Below are positions 27,642 to 34,837 of a stretch of 44,265 nucleotides of DNA, piece after piece. Under the pieces are notes generated by a model. The model made no database searches and was not told the DNA's origin. It was given only the letters and a program-made list of their open reading frames with translations. Source of the stretch: Flexilinea sp. (lineage in GTDB: Bacteria; Bacillota; Clostridia; Peptostreptococcales; Anaerovoracaceae); contig CAVGSW010000001.1 in the NCBI GenBank assembly GCA_963631945.1, positions 1 to 44,265 of the forward strand, given 5' to 3'. Position numbers and translations under genes: made by a program. Positions within the stretch are counted from its first letter, which is position 1. Every line of letters begins with the position of its first letter.

Positions 27642-28302
27642 GTATGCTAGAGCAATCACAGTAGCAGCTAAGGACGGCGGAGATCCAGAGTACAATGCAA
27701 CATTAAGACTGGCAATTGAGAAGGCAAAGGCTATCTCGATGCCTAATGATAACATCAACAGAGCTATCAAGAAGGGAACTGGCGAACTCGCTGGCGAAAC
27801 TTACGAAGAACTTAGCTTTGAGGGCTATGGCGTTGGCGGAGTTGCAGTCATCGTTGAGGCTCTTACAGACAACACAAACAGAACAACTTCAGCAGTTCGT
27901 TCTACATTCGACAAATACGGTGGAAACCTCGGAACTCCAGGTTGCGTATCGTATATGTTCTCCAGAAAGGGCATCATTCTCATCGAGAAGACAGACGCTG
28001 TAGATGAAGATGCTTTGATGGAAACTGCATTAGAAGCAGGCGCAGATGACATGGTCGTTAACGAAGACAGCTTCGAGATCGTAACTGATCCAGCTGCTTA
28101 CACTGACGTTCACCACGCAATTTCTGGCGCTGGCTATGAGATCGTTGAATCCGATATCGAGTACGTTCCATCCATGGAAGCTGCTCCTAAGGACGAGCAC
28201 GACATCAAGAAATTAGCGAAGATGATCGGTCTCCTCGAGGACAACGACGACGTGCAGAAAGTTTACACGAATTGCTCAATCGACCTCGAAGACTACGAGT
28301 AG
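27571..28302 (+). CDS. yebC: YebC/PmpR family protein
   Basis: MGRH...K..QD.KR, MPNDNINRAIKK, EGYGVGGVA, TDNTNRT, LEDNDDVQKVY; AGGAGGT SD. Confidence 0.95.
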   Translation: MGRHGTIAGRKAAQDSKRAAMFTKYARAITVAAKDGGDPEYNATLRLAIEKAKAISMPNDNINRAIKKGTGELAGETYEELSFEGYGVGGVAVIVEALTDNTNRTTSAVRSTFDKYGGNLGTPGCVSYMFSRKGIILIEKTDAVDEDALMETALEAGADDMVVNEDSFEIVTDPAAYTDVHHAISGAGYEIVESDIEYVPSMEAAPKDEHDIKKLAKMIGLLEDNDDVQKVYTNCSIDLEDYE

Positions 28303-28328
28303 TCGAATAGACAAATAGTCGAATACAT

Positions 28329-28356
28329 GTCGAATTCGGTAAAAACCGAATTCGAC
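28329..28356. other. Perfect hairpin without U-tract between yebC and 6S RNA
   Basis: GTCGAATTCGGT-aaaa-ACCGAATTCGAC. Confidence 0.7.
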
Positions 28357-28362
28357 TGACTC

Positions 28363-28539
28363 AATCCTGGGTTATTCGTTGAGGACACATAATTGAACCT
28401 ACACTTTATGAACGGGATTCCGAGTCCGCATTAGCATTATGTCAGGCCTCCTCAGAGTGGAAGACAGAAGCTGGGCGGCAGGGCACCCACCTATCGAACG
28501 ATAGGGCGTCAATTATATCCTTAACGGTAATTTGGGATT
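28363..28539 (+). ncRNA. ssrS: 6S RNA
   Basis: About 177 nt; 5' AATCCTGGGTTATTCGTTGAGGA pairs with 3' TCCTTAACGGTAATTTGGGATT; Firmicute 6S-like elements TTGAACC.ACA...GGGA and GGCACCCACCT...AGGG. Confidence 0.85.
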
Positions 28540-28544
28540 TTATT

Positions 28545-28573
28545 TTGCAAAAAATGCGATTATATAATATAAT
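28545..28573 (+). promoter_or_regulatory. Putative sigma-A promoter of polA-coaE
   Basis: TTGCAA-17bp-TATAAT. Confidence 0.7.
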
Positions 28574-28650
28574 AGTCGTAGAAAAAATCGATGAAATCTC
28601 AGCTTACGATTTTGATAGATATTTGAGCTTGTACGAGAGGGAATATTGGA

Positions 28651-31302
28651 ATGGACAAAATTGTTATTATCGACGGAAACAGCCTGGTGAATAGAGCGTA
28701 TTACGCTATGCAAAAGCCGATGATCACGCGTGAGGGAATCTACACGCAGGGCATCTACGGCTTTATCAGCATGCTTAACAAAATTGAAAAGGACTATGAG
28801 CCAGAGTACATCACCGTCGCATTCGACCTGAAGGCGCCGACATTCCGCCATCTCGAATACGATCAATATAAGGCGGGGCGCAAGCCTATGCCGCCAGAAC
28901 TTGTCATGCAAATTCCGCTACTGAAGGATGTTCTTCATGCAATGAATATCAAGACGCTCGAGCTTGAAGGTTTCGAAGCGGACGATATCATCGGAACGGT
29001 TGCGAGAATCGCAGAAGAAGAGGGGCTTGCACCGCTCATCATCACGGGAGACAAGGACGCGCTGCAGCTCGCAACGGACAAGACTCATATCATCATCACG
29101 AAAAAGGGCATAAGCAGCTTCGATGAATACGACCATGACAAGATGCTCGAGGTTTACGGGCTGACGCCGACGCAGTTCATCGACCTGAAGGGACTTATGG
29201 GCGATGCGTCGGACAATATACCGGGAATTCCAGGCGTCGGCGAGAAGACTGGAATTCAGCTGCTGGAGCAGTTCGGTTCCATCGAGAACATGCTCGAGCA
29301 TACGGACGAGATTGCGAAAAAAGGCCTGCGTGCGAAGGTAGAGGAGAACGCTCAGCTTGCGGTTATGAGCAAGCGGCTCGCTACGATCAATCGCTTTGTG
29401 CCATTCGACATAGAAATTGAGGATTTCAGGTCGGTTGAGCCTGATTTCGAGAAGCTCGCCGCGCTGTACACGAAGCTCGAGCTCAACAGCTTCCTGAAGA
29501 AGCTCAAGACAACCGAGGAGGCGAGCGATGCTAAGGCTGAGGCGCCAGAGATTAAGATTGAGTATATCAATTCGGAGGCTGAACTTGGGGGCCTGCCTAG
29601 CGGCAGGCAGGCGTTTATCAAGACATTTGGGAACTTCTCACACGTTGAGAAACCTCGGGTTTACGGGATTTTCCTCATGCCTGTGGAATGCAATACCGCA
29701 TACTATATCGCTTGCGAGAAGACTGGCATGGATGCGGCTGTGAAAGCCTTGAATTCGCTGAATTTGAGCCTTGTCGGACACGATATCAAGGACGATTTAT
29801 TCGCGCTCATGTCCTACGGATATGAGAATTTCTCAGCGTCATTCGACACGGCGATTGCTGAATATATAATAGATGCTTCGAGGAGCAAGTACGATCTCAA
29901 GTCGCTTGGAATCGAGAAGCTTCACGTTGTTCTCCCAGAATTAGAGGAGTTCATCGCTGGAAACGGCGAGCAGATGGACATGTTCGCTGACTTTACTGCG
30001 AAGTACGCTGAATATGCGGCGATTTGCGCAGGATTAACATTGAAAATTGCGGAAATCCAGAAGGAGACGATTGAAGCTGAAAATCTCCAGAAGGTTTTCT
30101 ATGAGATAGAGATGCCACTCATCGAAGTACTTGCTGCAATGGAAGTTGCGGGCATTACGACGAGCAAGGATTTCCTCGACGAGTTCGGAGCAGACCTCAA
30201 GGGCAAAATCGCGGCTCTTGAGGAGGAAATCCACTCGCTTGCGGGACATGATTTCAACATTCAGTCGCCTACTCAGCTCGGCGAAGTTCTGTTCGAGGAA
30301 CTCGGTCTTCCAGCTGGCAAGAAGACGAAGCGCGGCTACAGCACGAGCGCTGAGACGCTCGAAAAAGTCAAGGATAAGCATCCGATTGTGCCAGCTGTGC
30401 TTGAATACAGGAATTTAACTAAGCTTAACTCGACATATGTAGAGGGAATGAAACCGCTCGTTGCAATTGACGGGAAAATCAGGGCGCATTTCCAGCAGAC
30501 CGTAACGACAACGGGCAGAATCAGCTGCACGGAGCCGAACCTGCAGAACATCCCTGTTCGTCAGGAGCTCGGCAGGAACCTTCGGAAGGCGTTTACTGCC
30601 TCAGAAGGTCATATCCTCGTCGGTGCGGACTATTCGCAGATTGAGCTCAGGGTGCTCGCGCATCTTTCACAGGATGAGAGCCTGATTGAGGCTTTCAACA
30701 ATGGCGAGGATATTCACAAGACGACTGCATCTCGCGTGCTCGGAATCCCAAAGGAGAATGTAACTTCTGCGGACAGAAGCCGCGCGAAGGCTGTAAACTT
30801 TGGCGTAATCTACGGAATGAGCAGCTTCGGACTTTCCGAGGAACTGCACATCACTCGCAAGGACGCTGATGACTATATCAAGACATATTTCGCGAAACAC
30901 ACGAAGGTCAAGGAATACATGGACGAGCAGGTTAGACTTGCTCGCGAGACTGGCGTTGCAATGACTATGATGGGGCGCAAGCGGACTATCCGAGAGATAA
31001 ATGCGTCTGCGTACATGGTCCGCCAGCTCGGCGAGAGACTTGCGATGAACACGCCAATTCAAGGTAGTGCTGCCGACATAATCAAGCTCGCTATGATTAA
31101 GGTTTACGATGAGCTGAAGGAGAAGCATCCGAATTCGAAGCTCATACTGCAGGTTCACGACGAGCTCATCATAGATGCGGATTTGAGTGAGGCTGAGGAG
31201 ATCAAGGAGCTTCTCACTCGCAATATGGAGAGCGCTGTGGAGCTTTCGGTGAAGCTGATCGCAGAACTCAATGCGGGAAACACTTGGTATGAGCTAAAGT
31301 AG
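28651..31302 (+). CDS. polA: DNA polymerase I
   Basis: IIDGNSL..RAYYA, EADDIIGT, GDASDNIPG; polymerase motifs DYSQIELR, KAVNFGVIYG, QVHDEL. Confidence 0.98.
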   Translation: MDKIVIIDGNSLVNRAYYAMQKPMITREGIYTQGIYGFISMLNKIEKDYEPEYITVAFDLKAPTFRHLEYDQYKAGRKPMPPELVMQIPLLKDVLHAMNIKTLELEGFEADDIIGTVARIAEEEGLAPLIITGDKDALQLATDKTHIIITKKGISSFDEYDHDKMLEVYGLTPTQFIDLKGLMGDASDNIPGIPGVGEKTGIQLLEQFGSIENMLEHTDEIAKKGLRAKVEENAQLAVMSKRLATINRFVPFDIEIEDFRSVEPDFEKLAALYTKLELNSFLKKLKTTEEASDAKAEAPEIKIEYINSEAELGGLPSGRQAFIKTFGNFSHVEKPRVYGIFLMPVECNTAYYIACEKTGMDAAVKALNSLNLSLVGHDIKDDLFALMSYGYENFSASFDTAIAEYIIDASRSKYDLKSLGIEKLHVVLPELEEFIAGNGEQMDMFADFTAKYAEYAAICAGLTLKIAEIQKETIEAENLQKVFYEIEMPLIEVLAAMEVAGITTSKDFLDEFGADLKGKIAALEEEIHSLAGHDFNIQSPTQLGEVLFEELGLPAGKKTKRGYSTSAETLEKVKDKHPIVPAVLEYRNLTKLNSTYVEGMKPLVAIDGKIRAHFQQTVTTTGRISCTEPNLQNIPVRQELGRNLRKAFTASEGHILVGADYSQIELRVLAHLSQDESLIEAFNNGEDIHKTTASRVLGIPKENVTSADRSRAKAVNFGVIYGMSSFGLSEELHITRKDADDYIKTYFAKHTKVKEYMDEQVRLARETGVAMTMMGRKRTIREINASAYMVRQLGERLAMNTPIQGSAADIIKLAMIKVYDELKEKHPNSKLILQVHDELIIDADLSEAEEIKELLTRNMESAVELSVKLIAELNAGNTWYELK

Positions 31303-31314
31303 AGAGTGTTTCCC

Positions 31315-31398
31315 GAGAGTGGAGTGTGAAGAGTGGAGAGTGGAGTTTCCAGGTTTCCAAGTTTCAAAGTTCAAAGTTAGAAGGTTCAGAGTTTAGAG
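31315..31398. repeat. Bipartite heptamer array (copy 4, inverted: TGGAGAG units)
   Basis: tggagtg tgaagag tggagag tggagtt tccaggtt tccaagtt tcaaagt tcaaagt tagaagg ttcagag tttagag; reverse-complement of the copy 3 architecture. Confidence 0.8.
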
Positions 31399-31462
31399 GC
31401 TTTATTTTAGGTTCTGAGTTCATAATGTATATAAATTAGGGCAAAGTTGGAGAACAGGTATA

Positions 31463-32053
31463 GTGAGAGTTATTGGTTTGACTGGTGGTATTGGGAGCGG
31501 GAAGTCTACCGCTTCGGAATATTTGGAGCAGAAGGGCTGTTTGATCGTGGATGCGGATGCGATTTCGCGGGGGCTCACGGCAAGCGGCAGTCCTTATCTT
31601 GCGACTATTAGAAAAACTTTCGGAGATGAATATTTTTTCGATGATGGGAGCCTCGACAGGCAGAAGCTTGGCCGCCTCGTGTTCGAAAACCCTGAGAAGA
31701 AGGCTGAGCTTGAGAGGATAATCACGGATGAAGTCATTAGAATAGTCCTTGAGAAGTTCGATAATCTGCGGGCTGAGGGCTTTGATGGAATAGCCGTGCT
31801 CGATGCGCCGCTTTTCTTCGAATGTAATATGCAAAGATATACGGACGAAGCTTGGCTCGTGGCCGCTGAGCCCGATATAGTGATAGAACGCGTGAAATCG
31901 CGCGACGGACTCTCGGAAGAGGACATCAGGAGCCGAATCACCAGCCAGATGTCGCTTGCCGAGAAAAAGGCTCTCGCAAGCAGAGTCATTGATAATTCAA
32001 CAGATTTGCCGCATTTGTACGCGCAACTCGATGAAGCACTTGCTAATATTTAA
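31463..32053 (+). CDS. coaE: Dephospho-CoA kinase
   Basis: IGLTGGIGSGKST, DAD, LDRQKLG, DAPLFFE; GTG start. Confidence 0.95.
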   Translation: MRVIGLTGGIGSGKSTASEYLEQKGCLIVDADAISRGLTASGSPYLATIRKTFGDEYFFDDGSLDRQKLGRLVFENPEKKAELERIITDEVIRIVLEKFDNLRAEGFDGIAVLDAPLFFECNMQRYTDEAWLVAAEPDIVIERVKSRDGLSEEDIRSRITSQMSLAEKKALASRVIDNSTDLPHLYAQLDEALANI

Positions 32054-32074
32054 TGTATATAAAAGGAAATAAAC

Positions 32075-33715
32075 ATGTCAAAGTTTTCGAATTTTATTAA
32101 AAAAAGTTGGATATTTATTCTCATAGCGATCCTGATTTTGGCCGTTGTGCTTTCTTCGGTCGAAATTTACAAGGAGGAAGTGCTGGAAATTGACCCAGAC
32201 GTCGAATACAAGGAAAAGACGACATTGTATTTCGCTGCGGAGAGGTTCGACACGCTCAATCCGCTCATTTCGCAGAACGAGGACGTGTACTACATTTCCA
32301 AGCTTATATACGACGGGCTTTTCGAGTTCGATGAGAACATGAACGCGGCGCCGAAACTCGTGTCCAAGTATGAGGTAAACACTGAGAAGGCTTCGATTTA
32401 CATCAAGCTGAAGAAGGGCGTTAAGTGGCATAACGGCGGCACCCTGAAGGCTTCTGACGTGAAGTACACCGTAGATGCGATTAAGCAGGCGGGCAGCAAG
32501 TCCGTTTACTACGAGAAGGCTTCCAAAATCATGTATGTAAATGTGAAGAACAATAGGGAGCTTACGATTTATTTCAACAACAATTACAACTGTTCGATAG
32601 ACATGCTCACGTTCCCAATCGTCTGCTCATCCGATTATGGCACGGCGTACCAATTTGCTAGCAAATCGAGTGGCTTCAAGCCGAACGGGACAGGCATGTA
32701 CATGTATTCGTCGTACAATTATCTCAAGCGTTTGAACCTCAAGCCGAATGAGAACTACTACGATGAGCCAGCGACGAACAAGATCAAAATCAATATTTTG
32801 CCGGATTCGTCCTACGCGTCGTCGCTCACTGAGATAAACGACGTAACTTGCTATATCGACAAGACGACGGACAGATACTCTATCGTTAAGGACAAGAACC
32901 TCAGCATGTACGACATCACGTCGAGCCAGGTTGAGTTCGTATATTTCAATAAGAATAAAACTTATCTTTCGACGAAGGAAGCGCGCCAGGCGATTGCTTA
33001 CGGCATCGATTCCGAGAAAATCATCAACAATGCATACGCTTCGGACGCAGTCCTTGCGGATACTTTGTATTACCCGAACTTCCTCGGCGTTGCGGAGACA
33101 GGGGAGTACAGCGCGTACAACTATGACAAGGCGGTTGAGCTTCTGGAGGAGGCGAACATCAGGGATACGAACGATGATGGCAAGCTCGAAGACAGCTATG
33201 GCAACGAGATTACGCTGAAGCTTGTAGTGAAGAAATCGAATGCGCAGAGGGCTTCTGCGTGCAGAATCATTGCGAAAAACCTGGAAACGCTGGGCTTCGA
33301 TACGGAGGTTTGCGAGCTGACGACCCAGAAATATAAGGCGGCTGTGGCTTCTGGCGACTATGACCTGTTGCTTGCGGGCTGCGAGATGGAGGCGACGTAT
33401 GACCTCAGGGAGTTCTTCAATGGAAGGAGCGATTGGGGTTATTACAACGCGAGTCTCTTTTCGAAGGCTAGGGAGCTTGAGCGTTTGTACTCTGAGGAGG
33501 ATCAGAAGGCGAAGTACAGCGATTTGAAGGAAGCACTGCTGGACGAGATGCCGTATTACACGCTTTGCTACAAGAAGATGGGCCTCGTCGGAATCTCAAC
33601 ATTCACGGCAGAGCAGCTCCCGACATTCGAAAACATCTACAAGAACTGCAATACCTGGTCCTGGAAAGAAATCGTCAAAGACGAATCTGAGGACGCCGGC
33701 AGCAAGACAGAATAG
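32075..33715 (+). CDS. ABC transporter substrate-binding protein, family 5 (peptide/nickel-like), orphan
   Basis: TLNPL, IYDGLF, LKKGVKWHNG..LKASDVKYT, PNGTGMY, RQAIAYGID; N-terminal hydrophobic anchor; no permease or ATPase adjacent. Confidence 0.85.
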   Translation: MSKFSNFIKKSWIFILIAILILAVVLSSVEIYKEEVLEIDPDVEYKEKTTLYFAAERFDTLNPLISQNEDVYYISKLIYDGLFEFDENMNAAPKLVSKYEVNTEKASIYIKLKKGVKWHNGGTLKASDVKYTVDAIKQAGSKSVYYEKASKIMYVNVKNNRELTIYFNNNYNCSIDMLTFPIVCSSDYGTAYQFASKSSGFKPNGTGMYMYSSYNYLKRLNLKPNENYYDEPATNKIKINILPDSSYASSLTEINDVTCYIDKTTDRYSIVKDKNLSMYDITSSQVEFVYFNKNKTYLSTKEARQAIAYGIDSEKIINNAYASDAVLADTLYYPNFLGVAETGEYSAYNYDKAVELLEEANIRDTNDDGKLEDSYGNEITLKLVVKKSNAQRASACRIIAKNLETLGFDTEVCELTTQKYKAAVASGDYDLLLAGCEMEATYDLREFFNGRSDWGYYNASLFSKARELERLYSEEDQKAKYSDLKEALLDEMPYYTLCYKKMGLVGISTFTAEQLPTFENIYKNCNTWSWKEIVKDESEDAGSKTE

Positions 33716-33870
33716 AAGCATATCAAAATGCTCCGTGCCACAGAAAGAATATTTGCTCACTTGGTCTTAAAGTGCACTGCGACGAGGACTAAGTGAAGGA
33801 AATATCTTTGCTTCGCCATCCACCTTACTGTTCTGAATTCAAAAAAATCGTCATGAGCGCAAAAAAATAA

Positions 33871-33899
33871 TTGTAATATTCGCGACTTTATGCTATAAT
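33871..33899 (+). promoter_or_regulatory. Sigma-A promoter of tRNA-Leu/yajC
   Basis: TTGTAA-17bp-TATAAT with extended TG and an A-rich UP region. Confidence 0.75.
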
Positions 33900-33948
33900 C
33901 AGTTTTGGTCGCACGGAAATGTGTGCTGCGGCCGAATCGAAAAGGTGT

Positions 33949-34035
33949 GCCGGCGTGATGGAATTGGCAGACGTGCGGGACTCAAAATCCCGTGGTGGCA
34001 ACACCGTATGGGTTCGACCCCCATCGCCGGCACCA
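33949..34035 (+). tRNA. tRNA-Leu(CAA)
   Basis: Acceptor GCCGGCG/CGCCGGC plus ACCA; anticodon arm CGGGA-ctCAAaa-TCCCG; long variable arm GGTG-gcaa-CACC; GGTTCGAC T-loop; 87 nt. Confidence 0.97.
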
Positions 34036-34072
34036 TTACCCCAAATATACTATCTCGAGAGGAGAACTTTTT

Positions 34073-34531
34073 ATGGAAACATTAGTTAATCTTTCACCGT
34101 TTATATTATTAATCGTACTTATGTACTTCTTGATGATTCGTCCTCAGAAGAAAAAAGATAAGCAGATTAAGGATATGAGAAACAGCCTCACTGTTGGCGA
34201 CGAGATTATCACTATCGGTGGTATCTGCGGTAAGATCGTTAAGACAAAGGATGAGACGATCGTTATCCAGGTTGGCGCTGACAAGGTTAAATTTGAGATG
34301 ACAAGATGGGCAGTTTCGTCCGTAGTTAAGGAATCCCCTAAGCGCGGAACTCAGAAGGAAACTGTCGAAGAGGAAGAAGAGCCAAAGAAGGCTATGCCTA
34401 AGAAGCTCAGAAAGTCCTCAGATGTAGCTGAAGCAGAAGCTGCAGCACCTGCAGCAGAGGCAGAAGTAGAAGCACCTGCAGAGGCTGAGGCACCAGTTGA
34501 AGAAGCAGAGGCTCCAGCAACAGAAGAGTAG
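34073..34531 (+). CDS. yajC: Preprotein translocase subunit YajC with Ala/Glu/Pro-rich tail
   Basis: MYFLMIRPQKKK, LTVGDEIITIGGICG; ATG 34073 with GAGGAG SD (the listed ORF start runs into the tRNA). Confidence 0.93.
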   Translation: METLVNLSPFILLIVLMYFLMIRPQKKKDKQIKDMRNSLTVGDEIITIGGICGKIVKTKDETIVIQVGADKVKFEMTRWAVSSVVKESPKRGTQKETVEEEEEPKKAMPKKLRKSSDVAEAEAAAPAAEAEVEAPAEAEAPVEEAEAPATEE

Positions 34532-34566
34532 GATTCATAGATAAATCCAATAAAAAAGAAAACAAT

Positions 34567-34598
34567 GCCCTCTGGGATATGTACCCCAGGGGGTTTTT
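34567..34598 (+). terminator. Intrinsic terminator of yajC
   Basis: GCCCTCTGGG-atatgtac-CCCAGGGGGT followed by TTTT. Confidence 0.75.
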
Positions 34599-34611
34599 GA
34601 TTGCGCGGGGA

Positions 34612-34688
34612 GCGGCCGCTGGCACGGGTCTTGCGGCTGAGGGCCAAGTCGGCTGGGCAGCCCTCGCAAGACCCGTGCCAGCGGCCGC
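34612..34688. repeat. GC-rich 24-bp perfect inverted repeat (REP/MITE-like)
   Basis: GCGGCCGCTGGCACGGGTCTTGCG (34612-34635) and CGCAAGACCCGTGCCAGCGGCCGC (34665-34688). Confidence 0.85.
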
Positions 34689-34730
34689 CTCAATTTTCCT
34701 GGAAAAATGCAAAAAACTCTCGCATAACAC

Positions 34731-34759
34731 TTGTATCCCGCGCCAAAAAGTTGTACAAT
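34731..34759 (+). promoter_or_regulatory. Putative promoter of secDF
   Basis: TTGTAT-17bp-TACAAT. Confidence 0.55.
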
Positions 34760-34837
34760 GTAATGTAAAATAAAATGCCCGAAATAGGGCATTGCATAAT
34801 GTTTTAATAAATTTTAATTTATGAGAGGTTTTGAAAA

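Noticed and set aside
11066..31398. Heptamer arrays and GTCGAAT repeats as CRISPR
   Set aside because: Units are 7-10 bp, tandem or nearly so, with no unique 30-40-bp spacers and no cas genes.
33949..34035. tRNA-Leu as the att site of an integrated element
   Set aside because: No integrase nearby, no duplicated tRNA 3' end seen, and yajC follows within 40 bp.
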